Notes under the pieces: model-generated
Told to the model about the DNA's origin: nothing
The model's input: only the letters and a program-made list of their open reading frames with translations
The model's database searches: none
In this document: positions 1-11,500 of the stretch, in pieces
Numbering within the stretch: position 1 is the stretch's first letter
Layout of the letters: every line of letters starts with the position of its first letter
Made by a program: the position numbers and the translations under genes
Source of the DNA: Phoronis australis
Taxonomy: Eukaryota; Animalia; Phoronida
Direction of reading: 5' to 3'
Length of the DNA: 64,000 bases
Assembly (NCBI GenBank): GCA_002633005.1
Contig: NMRA01000344.1
Coordinates: forward strand, 289,365-353,364

Positions 1-1194
1 TACACGTACCTTTTCCATCTATAGTCTATAAGTCTGCAGCAATACAATATTGAAATATCAATGGTATGTGAATCTTTATTTCAAGAAATTGTAAAATGAG
101 TCACAAAACATATTAGTCATCAGAGTATCCACAACATTTTAATATCAACCGGTAAAACTTGTAAAGATTAAACACTAGTGAATAAGCCATGTTTCAAAAG
201 CACTGCATTCAACTCACTAATAGAAGTTTGTGTTACTAGCTACTGAATACTACTTCATAATATGCTCGGCAGTGGGAAAATATCACAATACCTAAGAAAT
301 GGCACGGGAGCATTTTTGGTAAACTCATTGGTTAGGATAGCACCGGTATGCTTAAACAAGCATGTAATTGTACAACAGCAGAGGGATGTTCAACATGTAA
401 AGCAGTCACTGTAAAGCTACAGTATAAACATTTGAACCATAGTGAACCCATCAGCTATCATAGTTAATGGCTGGATTACCTAGTTCAAGCCAGTAAATAC
501 GGACTAGGAACTATGTCTTGGTGTACAGGCACAGAACTACCATGCTCGACCAGATGAACACCAATGTTCCGCTTGACAACTCCAACCCTGAAATTTCCAA
601 ATGTTCACTTTTAAACACGCATGCTCAGCTTAGTTCCCACCCTATTTCATACGATCAAGACTTCGTTAAAAGTGCTGCCATCTTCGTGAATGTCCGCCTC
701 GCAACATTTCTAGTTCTCAAAATCGTACCAAACTCGATTAACTTTTAGGTAATGAATAGTCCAGGTAGCGAACATGCAATTCTATTGACATAGTGCAGTG
801 CTGATAAATTCAATCATTCATTTATTGGCAACATTACATTGCTATAGAATGTTGTAAAACAAGCACGTTATTGGCTGTTGATAAACTCTTCACACCATCG
901 TGTGATACTTGTAATCACTACTGAGTCCTCCATGTTAAAGCTATGAGAACGTGCTAATATGCACCGTAGCACGAAATCACTGAACAAAATGTCAAATGTA
1001 TAAAGCTAGTAACAGCTTCACAGGTCACACGTACAAGGCTAATGACAATCTCAAACGCCAAACAACATTTTGTCAATAATGCGAACTAGCTTGATCGAAA
1101 TCATTTGAATATGTACTACATTAATACAACTTGCTATCGTACAATACTAGCAAAATTATTAATTTGTTATAAATGATACTAAAGTCTACATCGT

Positions 1195-1353
1195 CTATAG
1201 CTCATCGTGCTTTGGTCCTGAGAATTCTTCAAACGTTATCACGCCATCTTTATCTTTGTCTTCACTTTGGAAGATTTCACTGACCAGCGTGTCGTGATCG
1301 TCTGCTTCAAACTGTTCATCATCACCTGCACTCGCCTTTATGTATTTTGACAC
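1195..1353 (-). CDS. FKBP14: FKBP14-like exon 4 (second EF-hand, HDEL, stop)
   Basis: Acceptor tttcag|GTG on minus strand; ends [12 protein letters not shown]. Confidence 0.92.
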   Translation of the reverse strand: MSKYIKASAGDDEQFEADDHDTLVSEIFQSEDKDKDGVITFEEFSGPKHDEL

Positions 1354-4300
1354 CTGAAACACAGACAAGTTCTCGTTGTCAACTGACTTGGGCACTAGAT
1401 TCCTATTGGTCAGTTCATGAGGTCAACTCTGTGCCATAACCTCACACGCAGTGGATCACCACATGATTGACTGGAATTAATTGTGCACCACACAATAACA
1501 AGATGTAAAAAATATTAATCACTACTTCGACAACTTACTACACAATAAGTGCTGCAAGTTGTGATTGATCATATTTCAGAGGCGGATCTACAGGGGGGGT
1601 TCAGGGGGTTTAAACCCCCCCCTCGGGACAGGATCAAAAATAAAAACTGGAAAAAAAATCGCCAGAAAAACGAAATTAGCTACTAAAAATCCCCAAAAAT
1701 CTTACACGGGAGGAGGGAAACCTTCTCGCGACCTTTCTTCTCCTCGGCGCTACGCGCTTCGGATTCTCTCGAATCTTAAACCCCCCCCTTACTGAAATCG
1801 TAGATCTGCCACTGTATTTTAGACTCAGTTATCCATCTGGATGGATGATAACGTGTTCTGTGTAACGATAAAAGTATACAGACAAACTAACAAGAGCACC
1901 GCAAGTGGTTGAAATGCACTCAATACTGCACCAGGACTGTGCGTCTAGGCATGTTAATTAAGCATAATTCCATCACACACCTCTGTATCAACTCTCGGTG
2001 AAATCTGTAGTCATTTCGCCAAGAACTGACGGGCAAGGAATTAGTTGCCCACTGAAAACTTAAACAGCCAATAGGGGGTGTCAGAGTAAATCAACGGGTA
2101 TCCCCACCAAGCAACTTTTTGCCAAATTGCATCATCACGAGACAATCAGCAAACAAATAAAAGTAATGACGGACGGACAATCGACTGAGTACTGATAGGA
2201 CCACGCAATGTTGATGAGGCACAAAAATACCAATACAGCAGCAAAATAAATCCAATTTGTAATATTTAATATGATCAGTTAACTATACTTAGTTCATATT
2301 GCATTAATCCTTAAAAATGAAATTTTCTTTCAGGGGGGTTTTCCTGAGATAGAGTCGTCTATGGGTCTGAAAGGTTTTGAAAAACAAAACTTTGCTTGTG
2401 CTCAGTTCATTTTACAATAAATTACTGATACGTCCTGTTGTCCAGTTAGTGACAAACAAATGATAAAACATAAAAGATTATTTATTACCAATTATGCAAC
2501 AGACGGTTAAAAACATGTGTGTTAAATAGCGACTTGAGGTGACTATTTATACCAACACCTGTGCCCACTAAATGCATCAGGTGCAAAGATGATGGGTAAA
2601 TGAAAGGTAACCAATGAAACAAACATGCGTAACCATGACAACAGGACATAAAAGCTATTAGAAGAAAGTACGTGGTTCAGTTATATTGGGCCACGTGTGA
2701 TATGTGTTAACTGTGGAGTGAAACTCAAATATCCTTTTTGAAATTAATCTGAGCAACATAATCATTATAAGCTCAATCATTTACAAATTCATTGAATTGT
2801 TTTTGAACAAGTCGACAATTCAAAGTTATGGGGAAAGAAAACAAACAAAATGAAAAACAGACAAAGGCAAATATTTTTGCTCTGAAAATTTTAACAAAAA
2901 TAGATTTTGCATAGCACAACTCAAGCTCAAGCTTCCAAGTTGGTACCCAAACTTTTCAGCCTCGCCCCCCGTATAATTACAGTCGAGTAGCCTGAGGTTA
3001 GGTGGTTCAAGTATTAGAATTGTTGGAGTCATTGTCCAGATCCTTTGCTTGGGCTAATGATAAATTCAATGTGTATAGAAAAAAATATGCTTTGACTGCA
3101 ACCCAATGACCAGACTGGACCAGTGGTGACACAGTGGGGCGAAGACTCACCTCATCCTGAGTCAGTTCACCATTCTTATCTTCATCGATTGCCTCAAACA
3201 GCTGGGGGGTCCTCTTGTCCTCTCCCTTCCCCTCACGGATCTCCTTCAACTCCACGTCCATATACAGTGTAGAGTTGGGTGGGATTACACCAGCTGATGA
3301 AACATATCACATGCTTTACAAATAGCATAACACATCTGCTTGGAATATTGCATTCAACAAGCAAGATTCAGACGATCAAGTTAAGAACATAATTCATCGA
3401 AACTTTGGTAACAGAAGGTTGAATAATTACACAACATAATTCCACCATTTTCAAGATACTGACAATCCATGGATACCCAAAGATACTGACAAGCTATGGG
3501 TACCCAAAGATACTGACAAGCCATGGGTACCCAAAGATACTGGCAAGCCATGGGTACCCAAAGATACTGACAAGCCATGGGTACCCAAAGCTAGGTAACT
3601 TATCTCCCTTATTATAACCAGGCATACTTTCAAAACTAATGAAACGGAGATTTTACAGGGAAACAAGAGAAAATTCAAGCTAATTCTTGTCTAAAGGACA
3701 AAGCCTAGCCTGGACCAGGATTCAAACTTTTGAATTTGCAGATGATAGCCTCAAGCATGCCAAAGTGTGATTCATTACAAAACTTGAACAGCACAACTCA
3801 GAAAGTATTGTCGGAGATCTTTGCCTTCAGCAAACTGCACTGTGAACATTCGAGTTAATACCCATGCCCGTGTATGCACCTCAACTTTTGAAAATGATTG
3901 GATAAAGCAACCAAATTGTTCATGCTGACACTCTCTGTCCAGGTATGTCAGGGCATTAGCATAGCCGTTCACTCAACTCTATACACAAGGCAACTTCAGC
4001 ACACTCACCTACTCCCCTATCTCCATAAGCCAGGTGCGGAGGTATCACTAGTTTCCTCTTTTCTCCCACGCACATATCATGCAGACCCTGCTCCCACCCT
4101 TGGATTGCCTGACCAGCGCCCAGCTCAAAGATAAACAACTGGTTCCTGTCATCGCTAAAAAGTAAAATGACGACAAATATATCAATGCGAATGCCTCCTT
4201 GTGCAGGTTTCATAAACTACATTGGGCCGCCATAAAAATACTAAATTTTACATGACTTACTTCCCAAACTGATAATACCAGACCCGCGTGAAATTGTACA

Positions 4301-5160
4301 TTTTTAAACAATTTTACTTCCAAAATCGTCACCATTTAGTGTTAGGTTGAGCACTACATTTGAAATGAAACCCACACAGCTCGTGACTGGGGATAAGGCA
4401 TCATATCCCCAGGCGCAAGCTGTGTAAAAGTGGTGATTGTGGATGTAATTGGGCTTGAATAATGAAGTCAAGACTGTTTGAAAAAGGTTTCATTGTGGGA
4501 GTATTTGTTCAAGCTGGTAAGACTTAAATACATGAACAGCTAAGGTCCCCCTCTATTAACAAAGGCAGTTATAGCAACATGAATGTGATGGTTTAATCAG
4601 TGTGAGGCATAATTCACCGTGATTCTGGCATATGAAATGACTATGGAATGACTATGGAATGACTATGCTGTCTCTTCTGGGGTCTGTCTCGGCACTGGTC
4701 GGATGTAACAGTTCCTGATTTTGAGAACCAGTTTCATTCACTGAAATATGTGCACGTTTTTCAGTAATCGTCTGGTTCTCAAAACCAGACACTGCTGTGC
4801 TATACCCGACGACCAGAGCCGAGACATACAACACTATAACAACACTAATTTCAAAAGCATTGCGTCACCAGGTTACCTAGAATCAAATTTTGTTCCATCT
4901 TTAAGATATCCCGCATATTTCATGTGCAGTACGTGACCAAACGTGGTCTTCTCGGGACAGTCTTCTGGTCGATAAACAACATCGATTTTTAACTTTCCTT
5001 CCATTGGATCAAAGGCATCTTCTTCAGTCTGAATTTTAGCAGGTTCTGGATTTTCTTGTGTTTTTTCTTCGACTTCCACACTGCCCTCTTCGTCTGCAAA
5101 CGAGTGTCCGTAAAATAAACATATGGTCATAGCTACAGCGATGAATTTATGCCACTTCAT
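1195..5160 (-). CDS. FKBP14: FKBP14/FKBP7-like ER peptidyl-prolyl cis-trans isomerase (4 coding exons: 5160-4877, 4154-4009, 3293-3151, 1353-1195; 243 aa)
   Basis: All introns are GT-AG and phases are consistent (284+146+143+159 = 732 nt). Signal peptide [22 protein letters not shown]; FKBP domain ([55 protein letters not shown]); two EF-hands ([24 protein letters not shown]); C-terminal HDEL. Confidence 0.93.
1577..1814. mobile_element. MITE with CAG..CTG termini (hAT-like), 5-bp TSD
   Basis: TIRs CAGAGGCGGATCTAC / GTAGATCTGCCACTG; TATTT on both flanks; related copies near 61894, 62485, 63079 and 63331. Confidence 0.75.
3151..3293 (-). CDS. FKBP14: FKBP14-like exon 3
   Basis: Acceptor catcag|, donor GAG|gtgagt; encodes [15 protein letters not shown] and the first EF-hand. 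Confidence 0.92.
3452..3590. repeat. 30-bp minisatellite (about 4.5 copies) in FKBP14 intron 2
   Basis: Unit AAGATACTGACAAGCCATGGGTACCCA with small variants; explains the repetitive ORFs 3381-3578 and 3451-3678. Confidence 0.9.
4009..4154 (-). CDS. FKBP14: FKBP14-like exon 2
   Basis: Acceptor ttttag|, donor G|gtgagt; FKBP core motif. Confidence 0.92.
4877..5160 (-). CDS. FKBP14: FKBP14-like exon 1 (signal peptide, acidic extension, start of FKBP domain)
   Basis: ATG at 5160 (the ORF-track start at 5223 is TTG); donor AG|gtaacc. Confidence 0.9.
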
Positions 5161-5507
5161 ATTTGACGACAACACACTCGGCAACTGGACAATCCGAAAG
5201 TTGTCAAAAAAGTAACGTGGCAAAGTTTGACCCGGAAGTATATATTGGAAAAGTTCTCAATTGCGATTGGCTAATAATTCCCAAGGTGAAGGCCATAGCC
5301 AAGTTGTCATGTTGGACAGGAAATTATTTCTAGCGTAGGAAAGTTACAAAGTTCAGCAGCCGTTTTAAGTTTATTTGGTCTGAACTTCGGACTAACCTTT
5401 TAAGAATGGCATATACTTAAGTTACTGCTACGGAGTCATATGACCGCCCCTGAATTTTAACGATCTTAGCCTGCTAAGTACAGGAGAAGTGTTCAATCGT
5501 TTGTTCA
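5161..5507. promoter_or_regulatory. Bidirectional promoter and 5' UTR region between FKBP14-like and PLEKHA8
   Basis: 347 bp between divergent ATGs. ETS/GABP core CCGGAAGT at 5232-5239; reverse CCAAT (ATTGG) at 5244 and 5266; TAACGTGGCA (UPRE-like) at 5213-5222. Confidence 0.75.
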
Positions 5508-5547
5508 ATGGAGGGTACGCTGTGGAAATGGACCAACTATTTCTCAG
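5508..5547 (+). CDS. PLEKHA8: PLEKHA8 exon 1
   Basis: ATG GAG GGT ACG CTG TGG AAA TGG ACC AAC TAT TTC TCA G|gtaaga; too short for the ORF track. Confidence 0.92.
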
Positions 5548-8500
5548 GTAAGACAAGTCTGCAACACCTGAATGTATCTTGTACAGGGAGTCCTCAACGG
5601 GACGCCACTCCTTGATTTTCAGATAAGGGATTCAACTTCAAGAATTTTTACTGGAAGGGTGAGTTTCTGATTTGCAAAAATTACAAGTTAGCAAATCTTA
5701 GTGGTGTTGTAGAAAATAGGGTAAGAACTGACAAGAAAAAACTAAACACTTACCGAACTATACGAATAGCCAACTTGCATGTTTTAATACACAAAGAGGA
5801 AAGAAGCAGAGGCTCTCTCTGGAACGCAGAGTTGTGTGCAAGCTCTTCATTGAACATTGCCATCAAGTTTTTATGGGAGACAACTCCAGAGCTTCACAAC
5901 ACTGCTCCTCACCATATCTGTTGGAGAGTCTTCGGGCTCTTCGGCATCCAGCATCATGAATTGCATCCCACCCCCTCCCCCCACCCCCAAGAGGATACAA
6001 TCCTCACCCGGAAATGAGATTGAAGATGGCGCTGTCAGAGCAATTTGTCCGTGTAATCACAGTCAACACGCCAAGCGTACTCATCAGTTGTCAAGCTCTA
6101 TATTGCTACGTTTATCTACCATATGTCAACAGCAAGCTGTTCACGACACTGTGTTGACCTTTCTAGATACACTGGCAGTCATCCTTGCCCAGCAAGCCAG
6201 TTCACTTCCCAACCAGTTACTCTAGTTGAGCTCTGCCTGCAGACATTATTGCTGACACCTGTGTCTGGTCTACACACGTCTGTCTTAACACAAGTGCTTC
6301 AGGCCTACCACAGTGTGCTCAAAGAAATGTTGGTTCACCACACAACTGCCACCCTGTCAATGGTCCCTAGTTTTCTCAGTTGTTCAAAACACTTGCTCAG
6401 TGGTGTCCTAATCGAAGGGAGGCAGCGCCCTGAGAGCTTGGTCATGGAGGACATCGAGAATCTGGTGAAGTGTGCTCACCTAGTGGACAGGTTGTTTGCC
6501 TTGATCATCTCTTACAAACTGGATTTCTGCAAAGTGGCCATTTATCCAATAATCGATTACATTTGCGAGGATCAGAAAGTGACCCTTATACCTGCAGTTA
6601 GGAAAACCTTGTTGCCAGTCATCTATAAGCTACTGGACATTTGCGATGAATATGCCATAGCACAGCTAAATACCATTCTTAGTGCTGGTGTCAAAGAGAT
6701 ATTTAAGTCAGTCTATGTTGAATACACCAAGTATCGTAGGTACAAGGGATGAGTGTTAGGCTGTGAGTGTGATCATTCTTAGCCAAGATTTAGCCCCGAA
6801 TGAATCACCTCACTCTAACAATATGCAACTGTAGTGTTCAGCCTGAGTGATACTAGAATGGAGACAGTCCGTCTAGTTCTATTGTTCTCATTTATTTGGC
6901 ATTGTAGTCAGATACGAGGATTCTTGCGCTCTGGAAGTTTGGAATGATAGGAAATGACTGGAGCATTGCAAGAGGATGAAATCAACTTGCACATCTCCCA
7001 TCTCCCAGTTCTGAAGAGATAGACAGGCAGAGTTCACAAAGACAAACCGCAATTTTGTTGACAAATATTTTGTGAAATACTTGTTCATGTTTTGTGAATA
7101 ATTTAAATATCTCACTGCTACCACTAAAATGTAGAAGATCTAGCCTGGTAAGAACTGACAAGAACAATACTAAACACTTACCAAAGATGCGAATTGTACA
7201 AGTATCCGAATTGCGTGTTTTAATACACAAAGACAAAGCAAGCAGACACTCTTTCTGGAACGCCGAGTCGCGTGCAACGGTGCAAGCTTCTCATTGGACT
7301 TTGCCATCAAGTTTTTATGGGAGACACATCCACAGCTTCACAACAGTGTTGAAAAATCATTTTTAAATTTTTGTCTCCTCCAATCCTGGAACAAGAGTCT
7401 GGCCACCTGCTATTCGCTGAGACTAACTGATCATCGAATAACTTTCAATCAGGGAACTACCTTTAAGACTTCTTCCCAAAAGTCAAAATCCGATGAGTTG
7501 AAGACCAGGGGCCCGTTCCAACAAAAGTGACTTAGCTAAGCCAAATCTTAAATTTTTGTAAATTTTAAAATAAAAGTTAAATTTGTCTCAAAACCAATTC
7601 AAGAAAGACATCTTAAGTTTGTTTTAAGTGTTTAACATAAGTTTTGTCTTAATTTTGACTTGCTTGCCTAATGTGGAAGTTTCAAAGTTTGGAAGTTAAG
7701 ACAAATCTTAAACTTAAGTCAAAAATGAACTTAAGTCAGTTTCTTGGAACGGGCCCCAGACCTGTGGATGTGCCGTGTGTTGTCTTTGTTACTTGGCGCA
7801 GCACTGTAAATCTATGTGAAAGTCTATAATGGAATAGGTCATCTGTGGCAAATATATACAAAGACTATAACGTCCTATTGATATATCCAAGAAAGTGTTG
7901 ACCAATAACTGCGAAGATCATTACACTCAGCAATGTACTATTGTCCACCTACAGGATAAAGCCTGTGACATGAAATAATATCTGCAAGGCACGAAATGGT
8001 AGTAAGAAGTATCAGAAGATTTCCTGCAAATTGCGCATCACCCAGATCTAAACCTTACGACCGAAGTCATGTTGTCAGGTTGTCAGTGTGATTGCAAGGA
8101 AAACTCAATAACTTATGTCTTTTTGTTGAAGTCTGTTTTGCCTCTTGAAGTCCACCATCCTGATGCAATGGACTACGCTGTAATAAAATCTGTAGCCGTA
8201 ACTACAATCAGTATAGTGAACTTATGAGTACATGACCTATTGCTAAGCCTGAAGGAAGTTATCACAAACCCCACACATCTGTTATGTAAACAGTGGTTGG
8301 TACAGCCACACAACCCACACTTTGTTTTATAATAGTCATAAAGTAAAGTTGTTCAGGAGCTGGAGTCTTTTTCCTCAGCTGCAGTCTCTAGTTTGTGAGA
8401 ATAATGTACCATCAGGATACGTGTCCTATAAACAAAAATGCACCATCAGGACACGTGTCCCAATAACAATAATGCACCACCAGGACACGTGGTCCCATTA

Positions 8501-11500
8501 ACGAGTAGTAGGCCATCTTTCTCCTTTATGGTCATTTTTGACCTGATTGACTGGTTTTCAGTGGAGTGTTTCCAGTTACCAATTAGTCAAGAGTTTTGTT
8601 CAGAATGAGTCTGCAATTAACAGGTGGTTTATTCCAGGTGCAGTGCTTTATGCCTGATACAGTGGTAAACAGTGCTTTATGGTCTTTATTTGGGTGCAAT
8701 TGTACCTGGAATTTCTGATTCCGTAATAGCCAGCACATCTTTTTAGAACATGGCATTGGCTCATCTACCTTGAACTACCCTAGTGCGTGAAAGTGTTATC
8801 CACCTTGAGAGGGGAAAATCTATAGAAAAAGGAGTGGGCGGTCTGTTGAAAGGATGTCTTAGTGCGGGGGGAGGGGATCTGTCAACAGGATATATGTCTA
8901 AGTGATGGATGTCTATGTTGTGCATACCTACTAGTATTCACCGTAAAAAGCAGTGATAAAATGAACTTGCAATTAACCAGAATGCTGTATACATATAACA
9001 AAATTGAATGAGAAAGTGAAACTTACAATTAAATATAAAAATATTAGTGGAGGTTTTGGTTGCTGTCTTAGTTTCATCACATCTACCCTGCTAAGTTCCG
9101 GACTTGCATTACTAGTAAAGTATGATGGTGATGGACACAGACTGGGCACCAGTAAGATAGTACTGTACGTGTACTTGTCATATTGGTGGAACTTTAAGCA
9201 AAACTGTATCAATAATCCAGAGTTCAGAGCAGTTATTTCTGTTTCTAACACATTAGTATTGATCTCAAATACTTGCTAACAATGATCATTTCGGAAATTC
9301 TTACAAACGAGGGAAATTTTTATTCTTTCAAAAATTATAAGTTGCACTTGTCATGTAAACAGATTCGTATGGGTGAGTGAATGGAGGTGATTAGTGGCCA
9401 AGGTCATGCACTTTATCCGGTACGCGTTGAATCAGTTGCAATACGGTCATGTGATATTGTTTTCCGTATTCACCTCCCGCTCTACTTCAACAATGCTCTC
9501 CAAAGGTAGGTCGTTAGCCGATTCGATCATCAAACTTTCCGAATATAGTTTAAAGCAATTGCAGCAGTATTTATAAAACTTGACATGCTATCAGGTCCCA
9601 ATCGTAACATCTGAAACAAAACTGTTAATTATATGGTACTTCTGTCTCAGTTTTCATCTGCTAAATCTTATATCGTCTGTAGTTCAGGTGCCGATTCCTG
9701 GTATCTACAATATCAAATGGTGTTTTTATTTAACTATTTTCAGAAAATGTTACAAGTTCAATGCACGATTACCCTTGTTTTCATCTTTGATATCTCTCTT
9801 CAAGTAAGAAATCGTTACATTTAAAACTGTTTCTTTTACTAAAAATGTGTAACCTAACCCGCAAATATATACAAAAGTCATGTATATATATAGGATGTGA
9901 TCTGCCACGTGAACAGTCTGGGTGAAGTATTTAAAAAATCTGCCGAAAAAATGAAAGGAACTTGAGAATCCGAAACGTATGGGATAGACACAAAACGTAC
10001 CTCGATTGGCGGGAATGAAGGAATATCCCACTCAACATTACTTCGCGTATCGACTGAGACCGTGGAATAATGTCTCATGGGATATTATTTCATCTGCGCC
10101 ACTCTCGGTATGTTTTGTATATACCGTAAACGTTCGGGTTAACGCCCATGCTCAGTTAACCGCCCACCCTGGATTTCTTGAAATTTCACGTTTAAGCGCC
10201 CATGTCTGGTTAACCGCCAACCCCCGATTTTTTGGGTTTGCCAATTTAACCGCCCAGGGCGTTAACCCGAACGTTTACGGTATGTAGTTGGCAACATCTG
10301 AAAATAAAAAAGTGAGACATCTGGATCTAGGCCATACTGTGAGAGGTAATAGCATGCCACAACCCATAAAATACATATAGTAAAATTACCACAGAGAGTG
10401 GACAACATACCAGAGCCAACTACTACTATTGTATGGTTTAGAAATTAACTTTTGACATGGTGCAGGTGCAACTGACCTGGCGGCGCAAAACGATCAGTGT
10501 CAAGTGGCGGTTTATACACACACAACTTAGAAACAGTGGCAAGGCTGAATTTGTAGGCAGGAATGTGGAGTGCTCATGCACAAAGATGCAAATTGCAGGA
10601 GTCACAGTTCAGTAACTGAGATTTTCGGTAGATAAGCCCACCCAATGAAATGCCCATGAGCTTTAATTCAGAAAATTATGCCGGTTAAATGCCCATTGGC
10701 GTTTATTTGGTGTTACAACTTCTGGTGTCGAAGTGTCTAGATAGTGGGGCAATTATTCTGAAAATTTCCTCTTAAAAGTCCACTCACCGTCAACTTTTAG
10801 TGCAAAATTCAGTTTTGTAGAGCATTTACCCTAAGTTATAAAAAAAGTATCGGCAAACTATGCATTTATTAACATAAAATTTAAATACACAGTTTTAAGT
10901 AAAAAATATCAGTTAGCAGACCTCTTGATCTATGCTGGCATTTGGTAGCCAAAACTATGACTTTGTGTTTACACGCCCTCCCTTTCCAAATAAAAGCCCA
11001 GGCGTTGTTGTTGTTGTTGCTGATATTTGCAGCTCCCCCAAGTGGAGGTGATTCGTGACATTGAGTTTTACTTCGATGATATTTGATGAACGCTTTGATC
11101 AGTAGACCTACTATACATAAACAAGCATTTGAATTGAACCCAGTCTTGACTCTTAACTGTGTGTAATATTCTGACATTTTCTTTACAAAATAAATAGAGG
11201 TCAGGATTAAGTCAGAAGACAAAGCAATGAACAGCCAACTAACAATTGTGTGAAATTGATCACCTGTGTACAGATGCGTTTTTGCTCAAACTCAGTAGAC
11301 GTGATCCGGTCGCACTTAGACGTATAGTTGACACTGAGTAAGATGATCGGACGCTAGTTGCTCTACATCACAAAAGGATGACAAAAGTTATCACTGTGGT
11401 ATCAGTTTGCTCCATGCCAGTCCTGTTTACTCACATACTTGTGCTCCATGGTCTCTTTCGTGTCAGCTGATCCATGTCAGCTTTTGTTTGAAGGATTTCC

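Noticed and set aside
3690-3765. tRNA-like B-box on the minus strand (GTTTGAATCC)
   Set aside because: No cloverleaf can be built; at most a decayed SINE head.
6123-6752. Stand-alone 209-aa URB2-like gene starting at ATG 6123
   Set aside because: The first 30 or so codons are not URB2-like (homology continues in another frame), real URB2 is far longer, and the fragment lies inside an LTR structure.
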